Shown piece after piece: positions 32,703-44,100 of a stretch of DNA of 64,000 nt (its first letter is position 1; every line of letters starts with the position of its first letter). The notes under the pieces were generated by a model that worked only from the letters and a program-made list of their open reading frames with translations, had not been told where the DNA came from and did no database searches. Made by a program: the position numbers and the translations under genes. The stretch is from a virus: the IMG/VR virus record IMGVR_UViG_3300045988_176028, one strand, 5' to 3'.

Positions 32703-33329
32703 TTATCTCCTAAAGTCGCTAGGTAGAGCCAAGTTCTTGACTCTGCTTGTATATCCGACTGCCGCGCGTCCTTCGTCGGTCAGCTCGTCATACAAATCGT
32801 CCATCCAGTATTTGCGTTTCAGCAATCCCATTCCTTGCAGACGCTTGCTCAATTCCTCCGGTTGAACAATCATGAGAGGACGATGATGGGAAAGCGTGTT
32901 GAAGTCCTCCTCACTCAACAGCATGGGCACATCGTCGTTTTGGATGGCGTCACGAAGTTTTTCGGCCTGACTTGAATATCCATCAGCCCTTTTGACCAGA
33001 TTGTCCGGCATGGGAGTATCATCCCCGCTAAGCTTCTTCCAACCGTCGCGCACGTCCTCGGCTTTCCGCTCGTACTGGTTGGCAAGACGGCGTATCAGTT
33101 CGTGGCGGAACTCTTTGTAGAAAACAGTCTCAAAAACATTATCTTTCTCGCCAGCCCAAATGGTGAAACGGAACCCTTTCTTATCGTATTCGAGTCCTCC
33201 GCCGAACTCTCCGAAGTGGAATTCCGGCATTCCATCATCTCGCTCGTCCAATACGGCTTCGACACCCATCGAATTCAGTTCGTGTTCCAAATCGCGCAGG
33301 TCGGATAGCAGTTGTTCAAGGTCAAGCAT
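32703..33329 (-). CDS. hypothetical protein
   Basis: 208-aa ORF. Confidence 0.45.
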   Translation of the reverse strand: MLDLEQLLSDLRDLEHELNSMGVEAVLDERDDGMPEFHFGEFGGGLEYDKKGFRFTIWAGEKDNVFETVFYKEFRHELIRRLANQYERKAEDVRDGWKKLSGDDTPMPDNLVKRADGYSSQAEKLRDAIQNDDVPMLLSEEDFNTLSHHRPLMIVQPEELSKRLQGMGLLKRKYWMDDLYDELTDEGRAAVGYTSRVKNLALPSDFRR

Positions 33330-33394
33330 GGTTCACCACTTCCTTGCGTAGGATTCCATGATGTCCGCGTCGAATTGGGTCGATGAGCTTAATA

Positions 33395-33616
33395 TCATCC
33401 GTTACCATAGATTTTTCCTCCCTCGTCTTTGATGCCTTTTTCGACCAGACTGACAATCGCATACAGGTCGATGCTGCCGTGTTCGCCCACATGGACGATG
33501 CCGGTGTCCTTATCGACCGTTGCCGTCTCGTATAGTCCGTCGCTGAGCCAGCCGCGTTCATTGTTAGCGTCTTCACAGAGCAGTTCCACCGCTCGTTTGT
33601 TCGGAAAATATTCCAT
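33395..33616 (-). CDS. hypothetical protein
   Basis: 73-aa ORF. The competing frame 33322-33834 has an Arg/Cys/Trp-rich composition and is less plausible. Confidence 0.35.
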   Translation of the reverse strand: MEYFPNKRAVELLCEDANNERGWLSDGLYETATVDKDTGIVHVGEHGSIDLYAIVSLVEKGIKDEGGKIYGNG

Positions 33617-33625
33617 CTCAACCCC

Positions 33626-34180
33626 TTAGTCCTTGTCCAGTTGCCACACGTCGGCCAGCATGTGCAATGCGGTCTGACGGCGCGTCTCATACGGACTGCC
33701 AAGCTTCTCACACAGCAGCCATCCTTTGAACACGGACACCGGGTCGCGTTCGGGGTATTTGTTGAAGTACTCGCAAACATGCATGTACCGTTCGGCCATA
33801 TCATCGGTGTCCTTCGCCATCTGTTCGTCGCCAATCGTGTTCCGCCACCATTCAGCGGTCTTGTCGAACTGGTCTTTCAGCCACATGAGCCGGTCGGTGC
33901 GCGGCATGGGCGCGGCCAGCAGACGGGCCAGTTCTGCCAATGCCTGTTCCTCACCCATGTCGGACGTATTGAGGACGGTGTTATCCTCGGCTAGCTCGTA
34001 CTGCGTGCGGACGATGCGGATAGTGTCGCGGTCGGGAAGGTTGACGGTAATCTCGTATCGTGCTTGGGGGTCGTACGCGGTGATGCGTCCGAATTGGCGG
34101 TCGTTGACCACATGCCAGTCCGGCAGTGTGTGTGCAACGGTGTTGAGGCCGTTACGTGTTTTCATTTTTGTCAGTTCCAT
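33626..34180 (-). CDS. hypothetical protein
   Basis: 184-aa ORF. Confidence 0.45.
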   Translation of the reverse strand: MELTKMKTRNGLNTVAHTLPDWHVVNDRQFGRITAYDPQARYEITVNLPDRDTIRIVRTQYELAEDNTVLNTSDMGEEQALAELARLLAAPMPRTDRLMWLKDQFDKTAEWWRNTIGDEQMAKDTDDMAERYMHVCEYFNKYPERDPVSVFKGWLLCEKLGSPYETRRQTALHMLADVWQLDKD

Positions 34181-34515
34181 TCCTTCGGGGCGACGACAAT
34201 CCAGCCGTTTGACAGCGGGTATACTTCGCAGGGTTCGTCCGAGTCCAAATCGTCGTCCAACGGGTTCCAGTCTTCGAGACCGTCGTGGGCGATTTCGTCG
34301 TTGAGTGCCCCGCTGTGGATGCGTTCGGTTTCGACGTGGACATCCTCTGAGGGGAGGAATAGGAACGAGAATGGTTCGAGCATTGGTTCGAAAAGATACG
34401 GCAGTCCGTCCTTGGCTCCCCAGTTGGCGACCATGTTCATGTGTCGTCCGTCATCCGTTTCCACGAGGATTATTCCCGATTCCTGTCCAGTGAGGTCGTG
34501 CAGGTTGATGGTCAT
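34171..34515 (-). CDS. hypothetical acidic protein
   Basis: Start at ATG 34515 after AAGGAGAAAAA. 114 aa. Promoter motif P12 lies 22 nt upstream. Confidence 0.45.
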   Translation of the reverse strand: MTINLHDLTGQESGIILVETDDGRHMNMVANWGAKDGLPYLFEPMLEPFSFLFLPSEDVHVETERIHSGALNDEIAHDGLEDWNPLDDDLDSDEPCEVYPLSNGWIVVAPKEWN

Positions 34516-34536
34516 GTTTTTCTCCTTGGATTTAAC

Positions 34537-34561
34537 TTTTTGTGCGAACAACTCCAGTATA
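34537..34561 (-). promoter_or_regulatory. conserved promoter/operator motif, copy P12
   Basis: Gene-sense TATACTGGAGTTGTTCGCACAAAAA. Confidence 0.55.
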
Positions 34562-34627
34562 ACCCACAAAAACAGGATTGTCAAACGGAAAGACAAGCAA
34601 GGTTCCCCACCCTAGAAAATGACGAAA

Positions 34628-34666
34628 ACAAAAAAGGGAACTTGTACGTTTCCTGTACAAGTTCCC
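34628..34666 (-). terminator. intrinsic terminator after 34679-35254
   Basis: Minus-strand GGGAACTTGTAC-AGGAAAC-GTACAAGTTCCC followed by TTTTTTGTTTT. Confidence 0.65.
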
Positions 34667-34678
34667 TCAATTAGGAAA

Positions 34679-35254
34679 TCAATCCCAGTTGCACATGAAG
34701 TAGCCATTGGGGTCGATACCATCGACAAGATGGGCAGTGGCGCAATCATTCACGGTGAACATAGGGCGGGGCTTCACGTCATAATCACCCCTGATGCGTT
34801 TGTTTTTCAACTCCTCCCCCACGAAGCAGTTCTTGACGGGAACCACACGCCCACCCTGCGGGGAGCAGGTGGCACCATCCACGACCTTGTAGGCGAGCTT
34901 GCGGACGTTGACGCTTTTGCCGGTCTTGCTGACCTTGGTTACTTGATAGAAGTCCACGAGGGTCATGCTGTAACCCCAAGAGCTGACAAAGATGTCCCCC
35001 ACATGCACTTCCACGTCGGTGGTGGAGGTCTGTGGCTTGCGGCGTTCCTCTTCGGTGCCGTTGATGCGGAAGTTCTCACGAGTGAGCCAAGGGTAGGTCT
35101 TGATGGCCTTGTCGATGAAGTTCTCGACGCCCTTCATGGTTCGCCAGTGCTTGCGTCCGCTGAGGTAATTGCGGCTAGTGATGTTGAGGAAGTCGTTGGT
35201 GACGTCCACCCAACGATTGGTGTGTTTGCTGATTTGGACTTCAAGGCTGAGCAT
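34679..35254 (-). CDS. hypothetical protein, paralog family MLSLE (copy 1)
   Basis: Start at ATG 35254. 191 aa. Shares MLSLE.., W(R/K)TM(K/R)G(V/L)ENF..K, (E/R)(N/D)F(R/K)I.G.E, VGD(I/V).. and ..Y(Q/E)V(T/V)KVS..GK(S/T)V..R.L with 36747-37274. Confidence 0.55.
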   Translation of the reverse strand: MLSLEVQISKHTNRWVDVTNDFLNITSRNYLSGRKHWRTMKGVENFIDKAIKTYPWLTRENFRINGTEEERRKPQTSTTDVEVHVGDIFVSSWGYSMTLVDFYQVTKVSKTGKSVNVRKLAYKVVDGATCSPQGGRVVPVKNCFVGEELKNKRIRGDYDVKPRPMFTVNDCATAHLVDGIDPNGYFMCNWD

Positions 35255-35292
35255 TTTTGTCTCCTTTATGTGTGGTGGGTTTTCAACCCCTG

Positions 35293-35315
35293 TTTGTGTG
35301 AACAATTCCAGTATA
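35293..35315 (-). promoter_or_regulatory. conserved promoter/operator motif, copy P13
   Basis: Gene-sense TATACTGGAATTGTTCACACAAA (consensus copy). Confidence 0.6.
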
Positions 35316-35394
35316 AGCTATGTTTAAACAAAAGTCAACCCAGAAAAACAGGGGCACAGTTCACCCAAGCAGACCATGACCCAGAGCCTAAAAC

Positions 35395-35706
35395 TCACCG
35401 ACCAGCCAAGGCGATGGAACGAACCATGGAGTCCAGACTTTCGCCTCCCAACGATTTGGTCACATAGTAGCTGTCGTTGTCGAGGTCAAGCCAATAGACG
35501 ACCTCGTTCTTGTCCTTATGGTACTCAGAGAAGATATAGCGTTCATCCGGCTCGCTTTTTGGAGACGATTCCTTATGCTCGTCGTAGACGTGCTTCCAGT
35601 GCTCTTTCGTCAGCTTATTATGTCGAATACACAGCAGAGCGGTGTCATCATCGCTCCAGAATTCCAGTTCGACATCAAACGGCTGGATGGTGTCGCTGAT
35701 ATTCAT
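35395..35706 (-). CDS. hypothetical protein
   Basis: Start at ATG 35706 after AGGAGAAC. 103 aa. Confidence 0.45.
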   Translation of the reverse strand: MNISDTIQPFDVELEFWSDDDTALLCIRHNKLTKEHWKHVYDEHKESSPKSEPDERYIFSEYHKDKNEVVYWLDLDNDSYYVTKSLGGESLDSMVRSIALAGR

Positions 35707-35742
35707 AGGGGTTCTCCTTTTTTGCTTGGCTTGTTCGGCCTT

Positions 35743-35765
35743 TTTGTGTGAACAATTCCAGTATA
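35743..35765 (-). promoter_or_regulatory. conserved promoter/operator motif, copy P14
   Basis: Gene-sense TATACTGGAATTGTTCACACAAA. Confidence 0.6.
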
Positions 35766-35832
35766 CCACATGATTGGATGAAAAACAAAGGCGACCAGTC
35801 CTAAAAGACCGTCACCCTAAAAAGCCTCTCAA

Positions 35833-36414
35833 TCAGTCATGAAAATCGACAAACCAGACACGAGCGGAAGAATCATTCCCCAGCCTCTCAAACAGAGCAT
35901 CCCTTGACACGGGGAACCACACCCCACCTTCGTAACCGTCATTGTCGCAGACAACGCTCACATTGCAGTCCAACAGCTCTCTGACCTCGGAATCACCGTC
36001 GCTGTAACGTTCTTTGAGTTCGCCGCAGGTGATTCCCTGAAGCCCGCCTACCATTTCCTCCCAACGACCGCCGAACTCATACCAGTCGTAGAACGAATCG
36101 TCGTTGAAAGTAGATACCACATCGCCGTCTTCGTTCAGACTGTACCCACAGTATTCGGCATAGGCTTCGAGCGCTTCTTCATCATTCAATGCCAGTCGGC
36201 GTTCCGCTTTCCCGAAGGCTTCGCTCGTTCTGTCGTGCTGGTTTTCGCCCTCGCGTTCAATTAGACGCCTGTCGTTCTCTCGATTGTCCTTCAGGAATTC
36301 GTCCCGCGTGTAGAGGACGTATTCCTCGACTTCCTCGTATTCGCTGTATGGGTCGATGATGGCTTCGGCTTCGCTGGTGTTGTTGCCTCCGATGACTGCG
36401 CCTAGGAAGTGCAT
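35833..36414 (-). CDS. hypothetical highly acidic protein
   Basis: Start at ATG 36414 after AAGGAGAAAAA. 193 aa, strongly Asp/Glu-rich, with a YDWYEFGGRW motif. Confidence 0.45.
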   Translation of the reverse strand: MHFLGAVIGGNNTSEAEAIIDPYSEYEEVEEYVLYTRDEFLKDNRENDRRLIEREGENQHDRTSEAFGKAERRLALNDEEALEAYAEYCGYSLNEDGDVVSTFNDDSFYDWYEFGGRWEEMVGGLQGITCGELKERYSDGDSEVRELLDCNVSVVCDNDGYEGGVWFPVSRDALFERLGNDSSARVWFVDFHD

Positions 36415-36454
36415 TTTTTCTCCTTGTTTTTTGGTGGGGTCGTCAAACCTTTTG

Positions 36455-36477
36455 TTTGTGTGAACAATTCCAGTATA
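36455..36477 (-). promoter_or_regulatory. conserved promoter/operator motif, copy P15
   Basis: Gene-sense TATACTGGAATTGTTCACACAAA. Confidence 0.6.
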
Positions 36478-36694
36478 CATCATAGAAAAGGAAAACGCGC
36501 CAGCATAACAAAAGAGATAGAAAGGCATGATTGCCGCCATTGTTAAAAGCCGTCGGGAACGGTTTCCATGCTTTCGGGAAAAACGTTTGTGTTTCCGTTC
36601 GTTCTGACGTGGTTGCCACGGTATCGTGGTTCAGAAAAAATGTATGGTAGCACCCAAAAAGACAAGGTTTTCAGATAGCTTTCCCCAAAACAAC

Positions 36695-36741
36695 AAAAAA
36701 GCCGGAAGCTTGAGGTTTTTTCCTTTGGTTTCCGGCTTTTT
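36695..36741. terminator. bidirectional intrinsic terminator
   Basis: AAAAAAGCCGGAA ... TTCCGGCTTTTTC, directly after the stop of 36747-37274. Confidence 0.6.
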
Positions 36742-36746
36742 CTGTT

Positions 36747-37274
36747 TTAGTCGTTGTGGTCTTCCATTGACCCGTAGACTGCTTCTTTCATATCCATTGG
36801 GTGCGCGTATTCGTAGGTGCTGATTTTCACGTAGGGTTCGCCGTCATTGTCTACGAGGACGCGATGGCTGTCAGGTTTGCCCGCGAACCGGTTTTCGCTG
36901 GTCACGTCGGGGTAGACGGTGCATCCGGCGATGTCGTTGGGGCTTCCATCATAATTCTTGCGGAGTGGGCGGATTTGCACGGTCTTGCCACTGGGGCTGA
37001 CCTTGACCACTTCGTAGTAGCTGTTGAGAATCATGTCGTAGCCGTAGACGGAGTGGAGCACGTCTCCCACTTTGAGGGTTCCCACCGCCTTGGTGTTGTC
37101 CTTGCGGGATTCTTCGCCTTTGATTTTGAAGTCTTCGAGCGTGTAACCGTTATAATCCATGACTTTTTGGCGGAAGTTTTCAAGCCCACGCATGGTCTTC
37201 CAAGTACGACGGTAGGTGCCTTGGTAGGTGCGTTCGCCTTGGCTGTTCTTAGTCCAAAGTTCAAGGCTGAGCAT
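36747..37274 (-). CDS. hypothetical protein, paralog family MLSLE (copy 2)
   Basis: 175 aa. See 34679-35254. Confidence 0.55.
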   Translation of the reverse strand: MLSLELWTKNSQGERTYQGTYRRTWKTMRGLENFRQKVMDYNGYTLEDFKIKGEESRKDNTKAVGTLKVGDVLHSVYGYDMILNSYYEVVKVSPSGKTVQIRPLRKNYDGSPNDIAGCTVYPDVTSENRFAGKPDSHRVLVDNDGEPYVKISTYEYAHPMDMKEAVYGSMEDHND

Positions 37275-37304
37275 TTTGGTTCTCCTTTTTGTTTGCAGTC
37301 TTCG

Positions 37305-37327
37305 CTTGTGTGAACAATTCCAGTATA
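37305..37327 (-). promoter_or_regulatory. conserved promoter/operator motif, copy P16
   Basis: Gene-sense TATACTGGAATTGTTCACACAAG. Confidence 0.6.
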
Positions 37328-37393
37328 CCTCATGCGAGAACAGCCAAAAAACGGTGAGTCGGAACTTTTCAATTATGATTCAGCCACAAGGGT

Positions 37394-37744
37394 TTAGAAA
37401 TCTTTTCTTCTCGCCCTCAAATAGGACTTAATCGTTTTACGGGGTACTTCTCTGTTAGAAAACAGCACGTCGTGACTGTTAAGTCTGACTAACACCAAAG
37501 AGACCACATCGTTGTCCACGTAGTAAATCAGTAATAGGTCTGATTCCACGTGCAATTCGCGGAAACCTTTCCAATCACCGGTCAGCTCGTGGTCGGAATA
37601 CTTGGTTTTGAGTAGGTCAACATCGTTTTCGATAAGAGCTTGAAGAGGTTCGCGAATCTTGTTAATGTCGTAATGCTTCTTTTTCAGCCGTTTGATGTCA
37701 TTGTCGAACGGCTGAATGGTTTCCAACGTTCGTTTACAAAGCAT
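37394..37744 (-). CDS. YafQ/RelE-family type II toxin (mRNA interferase)
   Basis: 116 aa. F.NDIKRLKKK..D..K....L..L........KY.DHELTGDWKGFRELHVESDLLLIY.......L.LVRLNSHDVLF follows the YafQ pattern. Confidence 0.75.
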   Translation of the reverse strand: MLCKRTLETIQPFDNDIKRLKKKHYDINKIREPLQALIENDVDLLKTKYSDHELTGDWKGFRELHVESDLLLIYYVDNDVVSLVLVRLNSHDVLFSNREVPRKTIKSYLRARRKDF

Positions 37745-38024
37745 TGAGATAATCCATCATGTCGTTTACGTTTTGGGAAGAGTGGGTGTACTCATGATTC
37801 AACGCCTGACGGCGAGCCTCCTCATTGCGCAATGCTTCCACTTCGCATTCAAGCTCACGGAAATGCCTGTAATCATGCTCGTTCAGTATGAAATAGGTTG
37901 GCCGATTGTTTTTCATGACTGTGACCGGAGAATCGTCTGCCACTTTTGAAAACTCCGCGCTTGCGGTTCCTCTTCCAAAACGACTGATGGGAACCATTGT
38001 CTCCACCGGTATTGTCAACTGCAT
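37734..38024 (-). CDS. Phd/YefM-like antitoxin
   Basis: Start at ATG 38024. 96 aa. N-terminus ...ISRFGRGTASAEFSKVADDSPVTVMKNNRPTYFILNEHDY has the Phd/YefM layout. 11-nt overlap with the toxin gene. Confidence 0.6.
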   Translation of the reverse strand: MQLTIPVETMVPISRFGRGTASAEFSKVADDSPVTVMKNNRPTYFILNEHDYRHFRELECEVEALRNEEARRQALNHEYTHSSQNVNDMMDYLNAL

Positions 38025-38157
38025 TTTTCCTCCCTTATGTTTGCATGTAAAAATACATGCTATCACATGAGGTGGCTAAAAATCTCAGCAAAAACAAAAA
38101 GGCTGGACGGGGAGCCGTAATGTTCCCTATCCAGCCTTTTCACTTATCTGCCGTAAC

Positions 38158-41100
38158 CTACTTCTTGTGGCGTGCGGTCACGGTCGTGTTTCCGCGACAG
38201 TGGGCGAGCATCAATCCCATTCCCACGAGTGTGAACAGAATGACCGTCATGATAGGCGTGTTCACACCGGTTTGGGCGAGTTGGCGAATCGTCTTCACGA
38301 TGGCCGGTGTCGCCGGTGGAATGTACGAGTTGGTGAACTCAGGTTGGGTTCCAGTGGTTGTGACCATGCTGGGGGTTGTGGTCGGATTGTTCTCATCCTC
38401 ACCGGCATCCCCGTCGGTCTTGTCGGCCTTAGCGGTCGGCATGACGGGCATGGTGCTGGAATCCTTCGCCGTATCGTCCGTCGGGTCGTATTGGACTTTG
38501 GCGGTCAGGTTGCCTTGCAGGTTGTCGCTTACGGTGACGGTCACGTGATGTTCCGTCTTGTCGTAGGTGACGTTCTTCTCGCCGGTGTTCTTCTCGCGAA
38601 TCACATACCGGTATTCACCGCAATCATCCACTCCATCATTGTCTCTACCGTAGGTGAGCGGCTTGAACTGGATGTTGCCCTGCTTGTCGTTCTTCTCACT
38701 GTCGATGACATTGCCCTTGTCGTCCACAAGTTCGAACTCGAATTCGTAGGCTTGCAGTTCACGTCCGGTCAGATTCTTCTTGGCCGACAGTTCGACCAAC
38801 ACGTCTTCCGGCTGGTACGTGTTCTGGAAGAGGATGCTCTTTTCGCTGGCTTTGCCGTTGGAGTAGGCGACGCTGGCGGCGAGCTTGTGGCTCTTCGTGT
38901 CCTCGGTGACGGTGATGGTGACGGTGTGGCTGGTGGTGTCGTAGGCGACGCCGCCCAATGTTCCGTCCTGTTCGTCAACCGTGTACGTGTACACGCCGGT
39001 CTTGTCGAACGTGAGCTTGTCGAATTCGAGGGTCCCGTCGCCTTCGCGTGCAGTTACCTTGTCGGATTGCGCGTCGCGTGGAACGCGGGCGAACTGTTTG
39101 GCTTGGAGCAGGTTGCCGTTGGAATCCTTCAATTCGGCGGAGAATTCGTTGTCGTTCAGGTCACGTCCGGTCAGATGTTTGGCCGCTTCGAGTCGCACGC
39201 TAACCGGTGTCGGAGTATACGTGTTGTCAAATCGGATGTCATTGGTCTGACGGTCGGCGGTGGCAGCGAGCATGCCGTCTTGGTCGGTGACGGTGACGGT
39301 CACATCGTATTCCTGAGTGGAGTAGCCGATGGTCTTGTCCGTTCCGGCGAGTTCCTTCACGTGATACGTGTATACGCCGGGCATGGTGTAGACCATTTGA
39401 CCGAATGTGAAACCGCTTCCCTTGTTGGACACGGTTTGCGTTCCGTTTTGGCTTCCGACTGGCATTGGCATGTCGTTCATGCTGATGGCGTTGCCGTCCG
39501 CGTCGCGTGCGGATACCGCGTTCAACTGGAACTTGAATTCACCGTCCTGCGGAACGCGGCTGGTTGCCGTATCCGTGTTGACGATGTTTTTCACGCCGCT
39601 GATAGAGTATCCGACGTTCTTCGGACTGTAATGGTTGGTGAACGTGATGTTCTTGCCGTTAGCGCCGGTGGTCGGGGTGACGGTCTTGGATACGACGGTC
39701 AGCTTGCCCGTATGGTCAACATCCTTGACCACGTAGGTGATGGTCGCAACCGTCCCGTCCTTCGTGACGCCCGGAACGGTCGTATCCTGCTCCGACATGG
39801 TGAACACGTAGGTGCCTACGAGCGGGAACGACAGTTGGTCGAATCGGATGTTGCCCTGCCGGTCGTTCCGTTTCGTCTGGTCGGCGTTCGACACGTTGGC
39901 GGGCGCGGACTGTTGTTGGAGCGTGAATGCGAAGTCTTCGCCCTTGAGCGTGTACTTGTTGCCCTTGGGGGAGGTCATCTTCTTCACTGCGGTCGGATTG
40001 TCCGTGGCGGGTTGGGCATGGTACGTGTTGGTGAATTCCGGAATGTTGGTTCCGTTATCATACTTCACGTCGGCCAACAGTTGGCCTTCGCCATTGTCGG
40101 TGACGGTGACTTTCACATGATGTTTCGTAGCATCATAGGTGACGCCGCCCCTGTCGCCGTGGACTTCGCTGAGCGTGTAGTCGTACACTCCCGTCTTCTT
40201 GTAGGAGATGGTGTCGAACAGGATGTTGCCCTGCTGGTCGTTGGTTTTCACCGTTCCAGCCTGACCGCCTGTCTTGTCCTCGACGCATTTGAACTCGTAT
40301 TGTCCGGCTTGCAGTTGGATGCCTGTATGGTCGGGGTCGTTGAGGGTCTTGTGCGCACGGAATTGTACGCTGACCGGCTTCGCCTGATACGTGTTCGTGA
40401 ACGTGGTCGGATAGGCCGCGTTCGTTCTGGTTTGGGCTTTCAACTGTCCGGTCAAATCGTCGGTGACGGTGATTTGCCACATTCCCATGTGGGAATCGTA
40501 GTTGACGCCGCCCGCCGACTGGCGGACTTCACGCACCGTGTAGGTGAACGTGCGGGTTTTGGCACCGTTCAACTGTTGGGCGGTGAACGTCAACGGTTGG
40601 AAGCTGATGTTTCCGTTTTGGTCGGCGTTCACGGTTTGCAACGGCTTGCCTACCGCCTGCTCGTTGTCGAACAGTTGGAATTGGAAGTCGGTGAGTTTCG
40701 CATGGCTGGCGTTCTTGTTGTCGAACGTCTTGTGTGCGGTGAGGCTCACGGTCACGTCCTTCGGCTGATACGTGTTGTGGAAGACCGGGGTCTTGTTCGT
40801 ATTGTCGTAAGAGGTGGAGGTTTTCAACTGTCCGTAACCGTTGTCGGTGACGTTGACGTGCATGGCGTGGACGGTCTGGTCGTAGGTGATGCCTTTGAAC
40901 TGTCCCGTCTTTTCCACGATACGGTAATCGTGTTCACCTACCGTATTGTAGGCGAGCTTGTCGAAGGTTAAGGTTCCGTCCGCATTGTTGGTCTTGGATT
41001 GGATGGTCTTGCCATTCTTGTCCTGCAATTCGAATGTGAACTCGTTGGCGTTCAACAGGCGGAGCGTGTGCTTCGGATTGTCGATTACCTTGCTGGCTTT

Positions 41101-44100
41101 CGGCGTGACGGACACAGGCTGGCTGGAATACGAGTTGACGAACTGGCCGTTGTCAATGGTCTTGCCATTCTTCATGGAGATGGCCGGATTGATGAGCGAG
41201 GCTTTCAACTGTCCACTGTTATCGTCGGTGACGGTCACAGTCCATACGGCGTAATGGTCGTCATATTTGACGCCCGCCGCACCCGTGTTGCGTTCACGAA
41301 CCGAATAAGAGAAGGTGTCCTTGTCTTTGCCGTTCAGCTTCGCCTTGGTGAACAGGAGCGGAGAGAACTCCACTTTGCCGTCCGCGCTGGCGTTCACGGT
41401 TTGGATAGGAGTTCCGGTCGCCTTGTCGTTCGCATACAGGTCGAATTGGAAGTCGGTAATCTTGGTGGCCGACTGGTCTGCGTTCGTGAACAGTTTGCTT
41501 GCCACGATACGGGCTTGCGTATCCTTCGGAGCATACGTGTTCGTGAACTGGACGGTGTCGGATTGAATTCCATTATTGGACACGTTGGCCGTGACATGAC
41601 GGTCGAACGTGTTCAAATCGTCGGTGACGGTGACGGTCAGTATCCAAACACGGTCATCATACGTGACTCCAGCATTGTCTCCCTTGCGTTCCTTCACCTC
41701 ATACTGGTAAGTGCCTTCCTGAGTGAACGCGCCGGTGTTAATTCTGACTGTCTGGGTCTTGTTGTCGGTGAACGCGATGGAGGATGGCACCGCGCTCTTC
41801 GGAGCATTGTTCAACGGGGTGATGTCCGCGACATACTTGTCTTTTTCAGTCCAAGCGCCGTTCGGACGACCGTTCAACACTTTGACCGCTTTGACGGCGA
41901 CCGGAACCGTGGGCATGACCATGCCGTAAATGCCGTGGTCTTCGTTCAGGTCTTCGTAGATGGCGGCAGTCATCTTGTTCAATGCGGGGAAATCCTTTAA
42001 TGGGATTACTCCGGCAATCATGTTGCCGTCCGCATCATCCTCCTCATCACTATCGGAATCGGTCGCCTCGCTGGCGTCCTTCGCGTTTTTGACGGTCGTA
42101 TGATGCCCGTGCCATGTAATGCCGGTTTTCGGCGTGAACCTGAGCTTGTAGCCGCTACCGGCTGGAATGGAACCTATCTCGTAGCGTCCGTTCTTGTCGG
42201 TCAGAGTGGCGCAGGGTTTGCCGTCCACACTGGTGACGGTCTTACCCTTCTTGTCCAAGAGGGTCACGGTCACGTCGGAGAGAAGACGGTCCGAATCCTG
42301 TCGGATGCCATCATGATTGACGTCGAACCATGCGACACCGTTGACCTTGCGCTCGACTATCTGGGTCAGGGCGTCAACCTTGTTGTCACCGTCAGCCCAC
42401 CGGTTCATGTACACGTCGCCCGCACTATTATTGGTGGGTTTGATGCCCAGTGTGAAGTCGTAGCGGGCGTTGGCGGGAAGGCTGGGCGACGTGAACGCCC
42501 ATGCCACCGGCTGGTCACAGCCGTCGGGGATGACGACCTTGCCGGTCGTCGCATCCACTTTCGCTTCCGTCCACTGTTCGACCTGTTCGCGGGTTATCTT
42601 CGTCGCATCCACGTTCCGCCACTTCGGGTCGGTGGTGAAGTAGACTTTGACGCCGCTCATGCTCGCGCCCGCACCGGCCTTGACCGACAGTCCTGTCAAT
42701 GTGTATTCGCCGTGATAGTCGGACTGTCCCAACCCCTTGTAGGGCATGATGTCAACCGCATACGGGGCGGGTTTCGCGTCACGGCTGAAGTTGCCCAGCA
42801 TATTCACGAATCCAAGATTCGACTGGGTCTCGTTCAACAGGGTCTTCGCACGGGTCGCAAGACTGGACGCGTGCGTACGCGACACGCGGATGGTGTAGGC
42901 GGCGGTCTGACCGTAGGCGGCGGACGGGGTGCCCATCCACCGTTTCGACCTGATTTCCGTGTTCACCGTATACTGCTGGTTGTTCTTCGCGTCCGTCTCC
43001 GGGTCGGACGGCTCTCCGATGGTGGTGGAGAATCTGACGAGCGTGTCCGTCCCGTCCGCCTTCACTCCGTTGACCGTGTACTCCAATGTGGTTGTTCCGT
43101 CCTTGTTTGGGGTGACGGTCGGCGTGACGGGCGTGCCGCCGGTGACAACGCCCTGCGTTTGTCCTGAATCAGTGTCCTTGTATTCTCCGCCCACGGTCGA
43201 TGAGCCGTCCGTGTAGGTCAGACCCTTGGGCAGTGTGACCTTGATGTGGTAGTCGGTCAGATAGTCGCCGCCGGTGCTGCTGTCGCCGGTCTTGGCGGTC
43301 GCGTTTATCACCCAGTCGGCGTGACGCTGTTCCTTGTCCAAATCGTAGATGGTCTTCGACACGGTGTTGGCCGTGTCTTTCTGGCTGGTGTGGATGCCGA
43401 TTGCCGGACGTTCGCCCACGACGTACAGGGTGTCGCCCTTGTTGTTTCCGCCGGTGTCGCCGCCCTGATATACGCCGTCGTCGCTGAACGTGGCCTTCAG
43501 ATAGGTTTTGCCGTCGTAGTGGAGGCTGGGCTTGCCTAGTTGTTTGACGAGGCTCGTGTAGTCGTCGCCGGTGATGGAGCGCGCGTATGCCGTCCACGTG
43601 GTCAAATCGTCCTCAATGTCGAGGTTGGCTTTCTTGGCGAGGTCGTTGCGTGTCCAGTAGTCAACCTGTCCGGTGGTCTGCGCCGTCCTGCCTGCGGTCT
43701 TGTCGTTGACCTGCATGGGGAGCGTGGCGCCGACGCTGATACGTGAATCGTATGACGTGTTGGCGGTATCCCATACGCGTGTGTCGATTATCTGCGCGGC
43801 GAGTACTTTGCCATGCTTGGCAGCCTGAGCGTATGTCGGATACCAGTCGAAATCATCATAGTCGGCCTTGGCTTGCGCGGTGTCGGTGGAGAAGTTGACG
43901 CCGTTGGGCAATACGCCCCATATGACGGGTTCCATGCCGTCATTGGTGCGGGTGTCCGACCACCAGAAGCGCGCGCCCCACGTGCTGTAGCTGTCGTGGA
44001 CGGTGTATGGTTGGTCGGGATTGTCGCTTGCGGACAACGGGGTGAGGATGTCGGGGTCCCATTTGACCAAGTGGACGCCGAGCACCCTGCCGTTGCCGGT

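Noticed and set aside
549-37327. The 23-bp motif as integron attC sites or another cassette recombination site
   Set aside because: The copies are upstream of genes rather than downstream, are short, contain a TATACT -10-like box at a fixed distance from the RBS and ATG, and no integrase is nearby. A promoter/operator reading fits better.
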